From contig JBCBZT010000018.1 of the NCBI GenBank assembly GCA_039815185.1, positions 32,001-96,000 of the forward strand: DNA of 64,000 nucleotides. Direction: 5' to 3'. The first letter of the stretch is position 1; each line of letters begins with the position of its first letter. This document shows positions 51,510 through 62,402 of this stretch, piece after piece. This stretch comes from Cyanobacteria bacterium P01_A01_bin.123. GTDB lineage: Bacteria > Cyanobacteriota > Cyanobacteriia > Phormidesmidales > Phormidesmidaceae. Position numbers and translations under genes: made by a program. A model generated the notes under the pieces. That model made no database searches and had not been told where the DNA came from. It was given only the letters and a program-made list of their open reading frames with translations.

Positions 51510-52673
51510 GTGAGCATTCAAATTGGTCGAGGTAAAACTGCACGCAGAGCATACGGAATTGACGAAATTGCTCTAGTCCCAGGGCTGCGGACACTCGATC
51601 CTCAGCTTGCCGATACACGTTGGAAAATCGGTGATATTGAACGCGAAATTCCCATTATTGCTAGTGCCATGGATGGCGTTGTCGACGTCAAAATGGCGGT
51701 TCAGCTGTCCAAGCTTGGTGCATTTGGGGTGCTCAATTTAGAAGGTATCCAAACGCGATATCGCGATCCTGAGCCCATTCTCGACAAAATTACGGCGGTG
51801 GGGAAAGACGAGTTTGTCCCGTTGATGCAGCAGCTCTATGCTGAGCCGGTTCAATCCGACTTGATTAAACGCCGTATCGAAGAGATTAAAAACCAAGGCG
51901 GTATTGCTGCAATCAGTATTACTCCAGCTGGTGCCGGACGTTATGGTGCAGTGATTGCTGAAGCTGGAGCGGATTTAGTGTTCGTCCAGGCGACAGTTGT
52001 TTCTACAGCCCACCTCTCACCAGAATCGATCATTCCCCTAGATTTGGCGGAGTTTTGCCAAACGATGCCCATGCCCGTGATTTTGGGTAACTGCGTCACC
52101 TACGATGTCGCCCTCAATTTAATGAAAACAGGGGCTGCTGGTGTCCTGGTTGGTATTGGGCCAGGGGCTGCCTGTACCTCACGGGGAGTGTTGGGAGTTG
52201 GCGTTCCCCAGGCGACGGCAGTGGCTGATTGTGCGGCAGCTCGCGATGACTACTATCGAGAAACTGGCCGCTATGTCACCGTGATTGCTGATGGCGGTTT
52301 GGTAACGGGGGGCGATATTTGTAAATGTATTGCTTGCGGTGCCGATGGCGTTATGGTTGGGTCTCCATTTGCCAGAGCAGCAGAAGCGCCTGGTAGAGGT
52401 TTTCATTGGGGTATGGCTACTCCCAGCCCGGTGTTGCCTCGGGGAACCCGCATTCATGTGGGGACTACGGGGACGTTAGCGCAAATTTTGCGGGGGCCAG
52501 CCCAACTGGACGATGGCACCCATAACTTTTTAGGGGCCTTACAAACTAGCATGGGAACGTTGGGAGCCAAAGACATTCGCGAAATGCAGCAGGCGGAAGT
52601 GATTGTGGCCCCTTCACTCTTAACAGAAGGCAAGGTTTACCAAAAAGCTCAACAGCTTGGTATGGGCAAATAA
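51510..52673 (+). CDS. guaB: GuaB3-family IMP dehydrogenase
   Basis: RRAYGIDEIALVP, ASAMDGV, VGIGPGAACTSR, IADGG, WGMA. Confidence 0.93.
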   Translation: MSIQIGRGKTARRAYGIDEIALVPGLRTLDPQLADTRWKIGDIEREIPIIASAMDGVVDVKMAVQLSKLGAFGVLNLEGIQTRYRDPEPILDKITAVGKDEFVPLMQQLYAEPVQSDLIKRRIEEIKNQGGIAAISITPAGAGRYGAVIAEAGADLVFVQATVVSTAHLSPESIIPLDLAEFCQTMPMPVILGNCVTYDVALNLMKTGAAGVLVGIGPGAACTSRGVLGVGVPQATAVADCAAARDDYYRETGRYVTVIADGGLVTGGDICKCIACGADGVMVGSPFARAAEAPGRGFHWGMATPSPVLPRGTRIHVGTTGTLAQILRGPAQLDDGTHNFLGALQTSMGTLGAKDIREMQQAEVIVAPSLLTEGKVYQKAQQLGMGK

Positions 52674-52801
52674 AATTAGAAAACAACGTGGTCTGTCTGA
52701 GTCAGGCGTTTGTCAGCAAACCATGAACCCTTGTTTAAGAGTTCTCAAATCCTTGTCAGGAAGGATGGCAAATACTTAATAGTCTCTTAAAATGGAGAAA
52801 A

Positions 52802-52867
52802 GCGGAGACGGAAGTTTCCGTTCACTCCTCACACCACACTGCGCCTGGGTGAATCACCCAGGCGTTT
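52802..52867 (+). ncRNA. yfr1: Yfr1 small RNA
   Basis: ACTCCTCACAC motif between two hairpins (ACGGAAGTTTCCGT; CGCCTGGGTGAATCACCCAGGCG-TTT) in the usual guaB-trxA intergenic position. Confidence 0.93.
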
Positions 52868-53054
52868 CCTAATGGGCATCTGGTGAATATTGGTGTTGCT
52901 GCGAGCAGCCGGGAAACCGAATCTTTTCAAGGGTTTGACTGTGGTAAGATTGCCATAAGCAACATCCGATTTTGGATCTTGAGTTTTTGACTTGAGGGAA
53001 CTGTGGATCTGGATGTGATCGAGGGTTAAATAGCTGAATCAAGGATTTCTAGGC

Positions 53055-53375
53055 ATGTCAGCCGAACAGGTTACGGACTCTACATTCAAGCAAGAAGTAC
53101 TTGAGAGTGAACTCCCAGTACTAGTGGACTTCTGGGCACCTTGGTGTGGCCCTTGCCGCATGGTTGCACCCGTGGTTGAGGAAATCTCGGAGCAGTATGA
53201 CGGCAAAATAAAAGTTGTCAAGGTTAATACTGACGATAACCCGAGCGTTGCCAGTCAGTATGGTATTCGCAGTATTCCGACGCTGATGATCTTCAAAGGC
53301 GGTCAACGCGTTGATATGGTCGTGGGTGCTGTGCCCAAGACGACCCTCGCCAATACCCTAGAAAAGTATCTCTAA
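53055..53375 (+). CDS. trxA: thioredoxin (m-type)
   Basis: [20 protein letters not shown]. Confidence 0.95.
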   Translation: MSAEQVTDSTFKQEVLESELPVLVDFWAPWCGPCRMVAPVVEEISEQYDGKIKVVKVNTDDNPSVASQYGIRSIPTLMIFKGGQRVDMVVGAVPKTTLANTLEKYL

Positions 53376-53566
53376 TGCTTTTAGGTGTGGCGGCTGTTTG
53401 TTGTTGTATCTAAGCGCTGGATATCCGCCCTCAAATGATCACCTGAATTGGCCTAGCTTTCTCTGAATACAGGTTTATGACAACAGAGGTGTCTTGGAGT
53501 AATCTAAGATACCTTTGTCGTTCTTATGGATGTTCTAATGCTCGTCCATATTCAGATCTTTAGGCT

Positions 53567-55099
53567 TTAGAAATTTTGCTGAATGTGCTGCAAAATGCCC
53601 TGGGCAATAGCGCTAGCCATGCGTTGTTGCCATGCTGGATCATTGAGGTTGTGAACATCAACGTTGCCAGTTACAAAGCCTGTTTCGACTAGGACTGCAG
53701 GCATTGAGGTATTGCGCAAAACGTAGAAGCGAGCACGACGTACGCCGCGATCGCGGTGGTCAATCATCTGCAAAACTGCATTGTGGATCGTTCTCGCTAA
53801 TCGCAAACCAGCATCAGAATAGTAATAGGTTTCAAATCCGTTGACATCCTGACGACTGAGGTTAATAGCGTTGGCGTGAATGCTGATAAACAAATCGGCA
53901 TTCACTTGCTCGGCCAACTGGACGCGGGGGTCGAGATCAATGAAATAATCGCCGTCTCGGGTCATCACGACCTGAATGCCCTGCTGGGTCAAAATGGCGG
54001 CTACTTGCTGTGAAATTGCCAGCGCTACCCCCTTTTCTTGAAGACCGCCGATGCCTACGGCACCTGGATCTCGCCCTCCATGACCGGGGTCAATCACGAC
54101 GACCAATCGCCTGTCGTTAGGCACGTTGGGGATGTTGGGGGGGGATGTCGATGTTGGCGGAGGTGATATGGGTGGAGCAGATGTTGGGGGGGCTGGCGGA
54201 ACGGCGATCGCTTCTGTATTGGCTGCCGTTCCCTGTTGGTCAGGAATGGACGCCAGTGTCACTCCCAACGGGGGCAGTACAATGACCCCACCTAAGCTGG
54301 GAATCGGTCTTGCCCGCCATAAAGGACTTTCTGGGGCTAGGTATAGGGTAATGCGGGTTAGGGGTGGATCGGTTTGGACTAGATCTGCTGCCCATCGAGC
54401 CACACTGTACCGATTGTTCGGTAGACTCTGAGGTGTTAAAAATCTTGAAATGGCACTATTCGGCAGTTCGATCTGAATACGGCGATCATCACCGTCTTCA
54501 ATTTCTTGAACATTTATTTCAGGCAGATCGCCGGTAGTGCGGATAAAAAAGCCCTCAGAAGTGGCAATAATGGCATCTACTTGGGTTGGCGCACTCAGCC
54601 CAGGCTCCCCGTTTACCGTGTTCACCCCAGCCACAGCAGGATTAGTGGGGGCAGCTTCCTCAATACGCTGCGCTTCAGGTAACTGAACGACCCACTGACG
54701 GGTTGTTTCACCGAGCACTTGGACTTGCTGCGGGTCAATGGTGTAACCCGGGTTAAATTCAATCACCAGACGCGTGGTATTGGCATCAAATTGGCCTACG
54801 CGAATTTCTCGGATCGCCCCCCCCACCTGTTGATTCACCGTGGATTGTCCCAGCGATGTGCCCGGTAAATCAATCACCACCCGCGTTGGATTGAAAATCA
54901 ATTGGGCTCTAGGCTGAACCCCACTATCAGTGGTAAAAAGCAATCGATTTTGTTGGTTGTCAAATCGCCAGAACTGCAAAATGGCAGCATCGACGGGGAG
55001 TGCCATCAGCACACTGCCGAGGCAACCTAGAACTGCAGGAACTAAGCATGCAGGCAGTAATCGACGAACTTTCACGAATTCCCATTCCTTTCGGTACAC
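53567..55099 (-). CDS. amiC: N-acetylmuramoyl-L-alanine amidase with AMIN domain (start uncertain)
   Basis: PTRVVIDLP AMIN; IDPGHGGRDPGA, EK, SIHAN, VLVETGF. Confidence 0.9.
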   Translation of the reverse strand: MYRKEWEFVKVRRLLPACLVPAVLGCLGSVLMALPVDAAILQFWRFDNQQNRLLFTTDSGVQPRAQLIFNPTRVVIDLPGTSLGQSTVNQQVGGAIREIRVGQFDANTTRLVIEFNPGYTIDPQQVQVLGETTRQWVVQLPEAQRIEEAAPTNPAVAGVNTVNGEPGLSAPTQVDAIIATSEGFFIRTTGDLPEINVQEIEDGDDRRIQIELPNSAISRFLTPQSLPNNRYSVARWAADLVQTDPPLTRITLYLAPESPLWRARPIPSLGGVIVLPPLGVTLASIPDQQGTAANTEAIAVPPAPPTSAPPISPPPTSTSPPNIPNVPNDRRLVVVIDPGHGGRDPGAVGIGGLQEKGVALAISQQVAAILTQQGIQVVMTRDGDYFIDLDPRVQLAEQVNADLFISIHANAINLSRQDVNGFETYYYSDAGLRLARTIHNAVLQMIDHRDRGVRRARFYVLRNTSMPAVLVETGFVTGNVDVHNLNDPAWQQRMASAIAQGILQHIQQNF

Positions 55100-55454
55100 G
55101 ATTGAAGCGTTGCCTAACCTTGTGCATCCAGGCCCTTTTGTAACATGACCAGGCAGACAATGATCAAGCTAGATTTAATCGGTTGCTTGATCTCTCCGCA
55201 AACCCTACGCATCCTAGCACTGTCCACTTAATTCCATGGCCTATTCGAATTGTGAGTCCCAAATCTTGAAAGAAGCTTGACCTGGGTTGTATTGGCTTCT
55301 CAGGATACCATTGCCGCAAAACCTTGCATTGCTTAGGTGAATCTTGAGTTTGACTGGGCATAACACAGGTTCACGCCCTTGCGTTTTTGGGAACCTTTGT
55401 ACTCTGCCACTGGTCGAGTTCTCAAGATGCCTGACCTGTTAGTTAGTTTGATCC

Positions 55455-56846
55455 ATGCGTGTCGTCGGAAGTATTATTCTATCCCTAAGCCTGCTGACTG
55501 CTGCGAGTTTACTCCCACCTGTACGCAATTCAGTTTGTCCCTTGGCAGCTTGGGCGACTCGAATCGTTGACTATGGCAATGATGGCAACGATGGTCGCGA
55601 TGGTCGCAATGGGGAAACTGGGCAACCGGGCACTAGCCAGACAGTTACGGCTTCAGGGACGGCGGCGGTGTTTAATCTTGTCGGTGGAGATGGCCGCAGG
55701 GGAGAAGATGGCGCGGACGGCCATCGACCGGTTTGTGGGGGGCAACCCCGTGATGTCGACTATGATCTGCAAGCCCCGGATGGCGGTGATGGCGGTGATG
55801 GCGGTGACGGGGGACGAGGGGGTAACGGCGGTAACTTGACTCTGTACTACCAAGATCTGACCAGTTTGAGGCAGATTTTGGTGAATGCTGAAGGCGGCCA
55901 ACCGGGTCGGGGTGGACGGGGTGGTGCGGGTGCAGCAGGTTGTGACTGTCGCGATCGCCGGTGGGAAAAGCAAACCTGTACCGGAACCCCAGGCCAGTCA
56001 GATTATAGCTGTAGCACCGAAACCTTTATTTGCGAAGATGGTGACTATGGTCGGCGCGGACGAGATGGCCGGGATGGCCAAACGGGTCAACCGGGGCAGC
56101 TGTATGTTATCAATCAGCTAGCGCCCTTAACAGCTGATCAGCCCAGTCGTAACCTGAATCTTTCAGCTCTGGCTGAGGATGTTGTTGACCTCTCAAAGAA
56201 TCTTTGGGAAACCCGCAGTGGGGCATTGGCTCTATTGGCCCCTGGCTCTGTCATCAGCAGTGATTATCAAGAATATGTCGGACGAGCTGAGGGCCAGTTT
56301 CGCCTCAATTGGGAAGCCCCTCGCCCGGTCGGTGAATTTGCGGCAGATGGGGCAACCCTGGCAATTCAAGCCAACGGCCGCATCGAGTTTGAGCTAAGTG
56401 ATAATCTCTGGGTCGATCAAACCACAACCTATGAGAATGGCATCACGACCGCAACGATTTCTGGTATTTTGCGGGCTAACGAAGTAACGCAACTGGCCTT
56501 TGGTGAGATTAGGGGACGCAGCAACGGTTTGGCCGTAGCGGTTGTCGATCTAGCGGGACAAGCTGAATATTTAGATACCCAATTTCGGTTAGTCTTGCGC
56601 ACCTCTAATGATGATCCGCGCGACACCGTGCGACCACGCTACACTACCCGCTATGACAATGTGATTCCACAGGATTTGATCAGCCGCGATTATAACCGCT
56701 ACCAGTTAGCCATTGGTCGTCTACCCATTAGGGGCCAGCATCTGAGCACGGGTACCCCTGTCCAGATTGAATTACATATGACGCGTACTTTTGCGGGACG
56801 AACTGCTACTCAGACGATTGATTGGCAGGGGCAGATCGACCGCTAA
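55455..56846 (+). CDS. secreted protein with collagen-like Gly-X-Y segments
   Basis: Signal-like N-terminus; GNDGNDGRDGRNGETGQPG, GGDGGDGGDGGRGG; Cys-rich loop. Confidence 0.8.
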   Translation: MRVVGSIILSLSLLTAASLLPPVRNSVCPLAAWATRIVDYGNDGNDGRDGRNGETGQPGTSQTVTASGTAAVFNLVGGDGRRGEDGADGHRPVCGGQPRDVDYDLQAPDGGDGGDGGDGGRGGNGGNLTLYYQDLTSLRQILVNAEGGQPGRGGRGGAGAAGCDCRDRRWEKQTCTGTPGQSDYSCSTETFICEDGDYGRRGRDGRDGQTGQPGQLYVINQLAPLTADQPSRNLNLSALAEDVVDLSKNLWETRSGALALLAPGSVISSDYQEYVGRAEGQFRLNWEAPRPVGEFAADGATLAIQANGRIEFELSDNLWVDQTTTYENGITTATISGILRANEVTQLAFGEIRGRSNGLAVAVVDLAGQAEYLDTQFRLVLRTSNDDPRDTVRPRYTTRYDNVIPQDLISRDYNRYQLAIGRLPIRGQHLSTGTPVQIELHMTRTFAGRTATQTIDWQGQIDR

Positions 56847-56910
56847 TCGATCAAGGACGTAAAGCTGTACGCCCCTACCGGAAAACTATGGATTTGGATG
56901 TGATCACGGC

Positions 56911-57444
56911 TTAAAGCGCTTGAATCATACGCTGCTGATACTCTTGTTCGGTCATTAAATCATCAACTTTTTCGACCCGATCGAGAAAGACCTTGCCTTC
57001 GAGGTGGTCATATTCGTGTTGAAAAATTCGGGCCACAAAATCGGTAAAGAGGGTGCATTGGCGATAGCCATTGCGATTGACATATTCCACTGCGATTTGC
57101 TTATGACGGGGTACTAAGCCGCGTAGACCAGGTACACTCAGGCAACCTTCCCATCCCTTTTCAATTTCATCAGATTGAGACACAATGCGTGGATTAATGA
57201 TTGCCGTCGGTTCCATGGTCGGCGCGTGAGGATAGCGGAGATTGGGGCGAGAGGCCAAGATAAACAAACGCTTTGACTCCGCTACTTGAGGCGCAGCAAT
57301 GCCTACCCCGTTAGTTGCGACAGCTGTCGCAATCAAGTCGTCTATTAAGATTTGGATGGCTGGTAGGTGTACCTGTGTAATAGGCTGAGCTTGTGCTCGC
57401 AGGCGGGGATCGCCCAATTGGATAATGGTTAGAGGAGATGTCAT
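56911..57444 (-). CDS. def: peptide deformylase
   Basis: GVGIAAPQ, EGCLS, QHEYDHL. Confidence 0.96.
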   Translation of the reverse strand: MTSPLTIIQLGDPRLRAQAQPITQVHLPAIQILIDDLIATAVATNGVGIAAPQVAESKRLFILASRPNLRYPHAPTMEPTAIINPRIVSQSDEIEKGWEGCLSVPGLRGLVPRHKQIAVEYVNRNGYRQCTLFTDFVARIFQHEYDHLEGKVFLDRVEKVDDLMTEQEYQQRMIQAL

Positions 57445-57625
57445 TGGCGGTGTGAGTTAAATTTTGGATTGCAAGGGCCGATCTCTAAGATAACGAACGT
57501 GAGAGGCTAGGAATAATTTGTCGGTGTAGAGGGGGCTGGTCAGCTGGAGCCCTCCGGTTAAGCAAAATACAAATCCAGCCATTGGATTCGTTAAAATAGA
57601 AAAAACGTAAAGAATTATTGAGCAT

Positions 57626-57889
57626 ATGGCACCTAAAGTTGAGATCTACACCTGGAGTACCTGCCCTTTCTGTATTCGAGCTAAAGCGCTGCTTGATCGA
57701 AAAGAGATTGCGTATACCGAATACTGTATCGATGGAGATGAAATCGCTCGGGCTGAAATGGCTAAGCGAGCCAATGGTCGCCGTTCTTTACCCCAAATCT
57801 TCATTGCCGATCGGCACATTGGGGGGTGTGATGAGATGCATGCCCTAGAGGCTGGTGGCAAACTTGACCCTATGCTGCAAGCGGCTTGA
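57626..57889 (+). CDS. grxC: glutaredoxin 3
   Basis: CPFC, LPQIFI, IGGCD. Confidence 0.93.
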   Translation: MAPKVEIYTWSTCPFCIRAKALLDRKEIAYTEYCIDGDEIARAEMAKRANGRRSLPQIFIADRHIGGCDEMHALEAGGKLDPMLQAA

Positions 57890-58042
57890 GGCGTTGCTCG
57901 AAGGTCTTTGTTGCGATTTAGGCAGTGGGATTAAATTGCTGAGCAGATAGGAAAGAGCCTAGTTTTGCCGAGTAGCAATCTTGAATTAGCCAGAGAATGC
58001 TAAAACAAGGGCAGGCTGTTCGCTAAATCTCTGGGCAGATCG

Positions 58043-58399
58043 ATGCAAAATACCCGTCTCAATACCCTCATTAATGCCCTAGGCAGTCGCTTGGGAGAAT
58101 GGTTGTTCAATCCCTGGCGACGTTTGTCTTTGGGCATTATTAGCTTATTGTTTGGCAATTTCTTCGCGATTTCGATTTCCTCGATTGCGGGGCAAACTGC
58201 CGACTTAGACGTGGTGATTTCGCTATTTTTGCTGTTGTTTGTTGAAATTGTCAGTCGTTGGGTTTACGGTACGCCACGTTCTGTGACGCCATCTGGAGCA
58301 GCGTCCAAGCCACGAGCGCTATTTTTAGAAATGCTCAATGCCTTTAAGCTAGGCATGGTCTATGGCCTATTCGTTGAAGCCTTTAAGCTTGGCAGTTAA
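58043..58399 (+). CDS. ycf20: Ycf20/DUF565 family protein
   Basis: MQNTRL...NPWRRLS...[11 protein letters not shown]. Confidence 0.9.
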   Translation: MQNTRLNTLINALGSRLGEWLFNPWRRLSLGIISLLFGNFFAISISSIAGQTADLDVVISLFLLLFVEIVSRWVYGTPRSVTPSGAASKPRALFLEMLNAFKLGMVYGLFVEAFKLGS

Positions 58400-59037
58400 G
58401 GTTCAACGCCCAGGTTGCGGCGCAGGTTTGCGGCTTTATGGGCGATCGCGTCCCAATCTCCTTGACGCAATGCCGCTTGAGGAAATAAATCGCTAGAGAC
58501 CCCCACTGCGATCGCCCCTGATGTCAACAAATCTGGGGCATTGGTTGTGGTCACGCCGCCCGTTGGAATGAGCGGGATATGACCCAAGGGGCCCTGCAAG
58601 GCCTTTAGATAGACGGGCCCTCCCATCACTGAGATCGGAAAAATCTTTACACTGGCTGCTCCTGCTTGCCAAGCAGTCACAATTTCTGAGGGAGTGAGTG
58701 CACCGGGAATAAACGGCAAATTGCAGGTTCCAGCGTAATCAATCAAAGTCGGATCAGTGTGGGGGGAAAAACAAAATTTTGCCCCGGCTGCGATCGCCCG
58801 TTTCAAATCCGTTAGGGTTAGCAAGGTACCTGTTCCGATTGTGCAGTGAGGCAGGCTAGCACTCAGGGTTTCAACCAACGTTTCGGGCTGGGGACTGTTC
58901 CAGGTGATTTCGATCAGCGTAAGGCCGCCTTGGGCAACTGCCTTGGCCATGGCTACCCCAGTTTCAAAAGAGGGGGCGCGGACAACGGCGATCGCTTTGG
59001 CCTGTCTTACCAAGCCACACCAAGCTTGCCTATCCAT
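58396..59037 (-). CDS. eda: KHG/KDPG aldolase
   Basis: [36 protein letters not shown] 59037 overlaps the stop of the upstream gene. Confidence 0.9.
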   Translation of the reverse strand: MDRQAWCGLVRQAKAIAVVRAPSFETGVAMAKAVAQGGLTLIEITWNSPQPETLVETLSASLPHCTIGTGTLLTLTDLKRAIAAGAKFCFSPHTDPTLIDYAGTCNLPFIPGALTPSEIVTAWQAGAASVKIFPISVMGGPVYLKALQGPLGHIPLIPTGGVTTTNAPDLLTSGAIAVGVSSDLFPQAALRQGDWDAIAHKAANLRRNLGVEP

Positions 59038-59815
59038 CCAAATTGGCGGATCTGGTTGTCGATGTTCCACCACCTTGGGCTGCAGCTTCACTCATTAGTG
59101 ATATAACAATCACGGTGATGTTATCGCGCCCGCCCCGTTGCTTGGCCGAACTCACTAGAGCGGCAGCGGCGGTTTCACATCCTCGAATGGTTTTCAAGTG
59201 AGAGGCAATCAGGTGATCAGAGAGTTCTTCCGTTAAGCCATCGCTGCACAACAATAGACGATCGCCCGCTTGAATCTCAAAGGGCTGAACATCAATTTGA
59301 TACAAATCCTCTCGCCCCAAGCATTGGGAGAGTACATGTCGCCATGGGTGACTTCGTGATTGAGCAATAGTCAGCTCTCCCTCTCGAATAGCTCGGGCAA
59401 CCCAGGTATGGTCTTGGGTAATCTGATCTAATTTTGCGCCCCGTAACCGATACAGTCGGGAATCTCCCACATGGGCGCACCAGGGTTGATCTTCATCCCG
59501 AAAAATCAGCGTTACTGCAGTGGTTCCCATGTCTGCCCGGTCGGGATGGAGCAGTTGATCTTTGACAATGGCTTCATTGGCCATAACGCAAGCTTGATCA
59601 AGCAGCGCCTCAGAAGACATATCACTGGTCCAGTGTTTGTCTAGATAGGAGCGAATTTCGTCCGTTGCAATCCGACTCGCTTCTTGTCCCCCAGCATGTC
59701 CCCCCATGCCATCGGCCACAATAAAAAAGCGCCCCGCATCATCAATATAGTAAGCATCCTGATTGCTTGAACGAATCAAGCCTGGGTCAGTCAGCCCTGC
59801 AAACACACGTTTCAT
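59030..59815 (-). CDS. PP2C-family Ser/Thr phosphatase
   Basis: NQD, VADGMGG, MGTT, HVGDSR, CSDGL, GGRDN. Confidence 0.94.
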   Translation of the reverse strand: MKRVFAGLTDPGLIRSSNQDAYYIDDAGRFFIVADGMGGHAGGQEASRIATDEIRSYLDKHWTSDMSSEALLDQACVMANEAIVKDQLLHPDRADMGTTAVTLIFRDEDQPWCAHVGDSRLYRLRGAKLDQITQDHTWVARAIREGELTIAQSRSHPWRHVLSQCLGREDLYQIDVQPFEIQAGDRLLLCSDGLTEELSDHLIASHLKTIRGCETAAAALVSSAKQRGGRDNITVIVISLMSEAAAQGGGTSTTRSANLDG

Positions 59816-59911
59816 CTCGGATCTGATCCCTCCTGGGCGACGGGCGTTACGGGTTGCCCCTACAGAGGATGGGTTGCAAACAAATATTGCGTTCCTTCCA
59901 GGAGCAGCGGA

Positions 59912-61828
59912 TTAAGGCATGCGCTCGGCACGGGCTAGACGCAACATCAGGCGAACTAAGGCAACGCCAGCCAAAGCTGCGATCGCAGCCGCTACTAAGG
60001 CTAACCAAGGAAATTGGTGAACTAGTAAGAGCGTTGCCGATAGCGTAAATGTACCCACCAACAGCGTGTAATTGGTCGCCATATTAACACCGCTTACCCG
60101 CCGCAAGATCCGATCGGTTTCAATAGAACGAACCCGAACTCGCACATCTCCCCGTTCAAGTTTCTCTAAAGTATCCTCTAAGCGACGGGGCAGCCCCAAA
60201 GCGGTGCTACTCATCTGAGCTGCTTGTCGACTCAGCTCACCAAATAATCCGTTGGGGTCTGAAGAATTTCCGCTAGTCATAAGTTCGTTCGCAAAGGGCT
60301 TGGCCGCTTCCATAAAGTTAAATTCGGGATCTAGCCCCTTACCGACTCCTTCTAGAGTAGAAAAGGCGCGCATAACAAAGGTAAAAGTTGCTGGGAACCT
60401 GAAAGGCTGATCGTAGGCGATCGCATACAAATCATCACTGATAGCGGCCACCGACTGTTGCTCAAAGGGCTGATCCATCAAGTTATCCAGAATATACTGA
60501 ATTGAGCGACGGACAGGCCCCATATCGTCGGTTTCAGCCAGCGCACCCAGCTCGATCAAAGAGCGCATTACCCGTTCAGCATCTTTCTGAGCAACGCCAA
60601 AGAAAGTTTGCATCAAGCGCTCTCGGGTAATGGGTTGCACCTCACCCATCATGCCAAAGTCATAAAATATTAATGATCCATTGGGGCTCACTGCAATGTT
60701 GCCAGGATGGGGATCAGCATGGAAAAAGCCATCGTTTAAGAGCTGATGAAGATAGGCTTGGGCGCCTAAGTGGGCCAGTCTGCTTCGATCTAGCCCCGCT
60801 GCTTCTAGAGCCTCGTAGTGGCTAATCTTAATGCCTGGTAAGTATTCTAAAGTCAAAACCCGGGGGGAAGCATAGCGCCAGTAAACCCGAGGCACGTAGA
60901 CCCAATCTTCTTGGTTAAAATTGCGTCGGAAGGTGTCTGCGTTACGCCCTTCGTTGAGATAGTCGATTTCCAACCATAGGATGCGGCAACACTCACCATA
61001 AATGCCCAGCCAATCTCGCCCCCGGCCCCACTCGGGGTGACTTTGAAAGTATTTGGCAATGCCCTTGAGGATAGCTAAATCAATCTCAAATAAGCGTTTT
61101 AGCCCAGGCCGTTGGACTTTAACCACCACCTCTTCCCCAGAGTGTAGGTGGGCTCGGTGAACCTGACCCAAACTGGCTGCTGCTAAAGGAATTGGATCAA
61201 AACTCTGGTAGAGCGTTTGAATCGGCTTACCCAAGTCTGATTCGATAATCTGCTTGGCCTGTTCGTAGCTAAAAGCAGGCACTCGATCTTGCAGCTTTGA
61301 AAGTTCTTCAACATATTCCGTGGGAAACAAATCTGCCCGAGTTGAAAATAACTGACCAACCTTAATAAAAGTTGGGCCGAGATTCAGCAGGGTCTCTCGA
61401 ATCCAGATGGCCTGGCGTCGCCGCCTCAGGGCTTGCTTCTCTGGGGTGAGTTGGGCATTGCTATAACTCCAAGCTTTGCCGTAGGCCCAACGGGCCGTCA
61501 GCAGCCGCAATACAAACGACCAAATATCAACAAACCGTCGCGATTTAGAGTAACGGTTTTGGTTCCATCGGTAGGCGTTATCGGTGTAGTACTTAGGTAA
61601 CTCTCTAGTTTGGCTATCAATGGGTGGCTTAACATTTATCAAAGTTTCTGGGCCATTAATACCCAAGGGCGGGTGCTCTAAATCCCCGGGTACATCTTCT
61701 TCTAAATGATTACCTAAATCGGTTGAAGCCAACGACTCAGTCGAAAGATGCCCATCATTGTCCATCCGGGTAGCGTCGTCAACTGTGGAAAATTCAGATG
61801 CAATGGGGTCTTTCGACAGGGCAGACAC
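59912..61828 (-). CDS. ABC1/UbiB family atypical kinase
   Basis: LGPTFIKVGQ, AAASLGQVH, VVVKVQRP, FFHADPHPGN, YDFGM. Confidence 0.93.
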   Translation of the reverse strand: MSALSKDPIASEFSTVDDATRMDNDGHLSTESLASTDLGNHLEEDVPGDLEHPPLGINGPETLINVKPPIDSQTRELPKYYTDNAYRWNQNRYSKSRRFVDIWSFVLRLLTARWAYGKAWSYSNAQLTPEKQALRRRRQAIWIRETLLNLGPTFIKVGQLFSTRADLFPTEYVEELSKLQDRVPAFSYEQAKQIIESDLGKPIQTLYQSFDPIPLAAASLGQVHRAHLHSGEEVVVKVQRPGLKRLFEIDLAILKGIAKYFQSHPEWGRGRDWLGIYGECCRILWLEIDYLNEGRNADTFRRNFNQEDWVYVPRVYWRYASPRVLTLEYLPGIKISHYEALEAAGLDRSRLAHLGAQAYLHQLLNDGFFHADPHPGNIAVSPNGSLIFYDFGMMGEVQPITRERLMQTFFGVAQKDAERVMRSLIELGALAETDDMGPVRRSIQYILDNLMDQPFEQQSVAAISDDLYAIAYDQPFRFPATFTFVMRAFSTLEGVGKGLDPEFNFMEAAKPFANELMTSGNSSDPNGLFGELSRQAAQMSSTALGLPRRLEDTLEKLERGDVRVRVRSIETDRILRRVSGVNMATNYTLLVGTFTLSATLLLVHQFPWLALVAAAIAALAGVALVRLMLRLARAERMP

Positions 61829-61965
61829 TCAGGCTCCTATAGCTAACAGCTAACGTGTTTGTAAATGAAAGGTTTACGACTTTGGTTTGAATTAAAATCA
61901 ACCCCTGGTTTGAACAAGTCTCGGTCGAATATTCATGCTAAGGGAGACCGCTCAACATAAGCAGG

Positions 61966-62292
61966 CTAAGAGGCAGCGCGATGCTGCTGGAGGGTCGCTC
62001 GCACTTGAGCGATCTCGGCTCTCAAATTGTCAATGGTTGCCTGGAGATCTTGGTTGGCAGGCGTCGTAGCTGACGAACTCTCAGTACCGGGTCGAGTATC
62101 CATCGCAGCAGCTTCTTCTTGCTGGGCTCGAACCATGACCTCTTCGGTAAACTGACGCAGGTTTTCCCGCTGTTCAGCATCGAACCTACCGAGAGCACTG
62201 AGGCTATCCGTCATCAAATGCTCAACCCGCTCACCAACTGCGGCAGCTAGGGCTCGACCAATAAAAAAGGCATGAACCATGGGATTGCTCAT
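61966..62292 (-). CDS. conserved cyanobacterial hypothetical protein
   Basis: HAFFIGRALA...FDAEQRENLRQF...IDNLRAEIA. Confidence 0.8.
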   Translation of the reverse strand: MSNPMVHAFFIGRALAAAVGERVEHLMTDSLSALGRFDAEQRENLRQFTEEVMVRAQQEEAAAMDTRPGTESSSATTPANQDLQATIDNLRAEIAQVRATLQQHRAAS

Positions 62293-62402
62293 AGCAAATG
62301 ATAACTTTGATGGGCTTCTGCAACAAATTATAACAAAATTGCACCCTTTATCTCAGCATTCCCAGAAACTCACAGGCTTATCTCTAATCCAACTTTAAAG
62401 GA

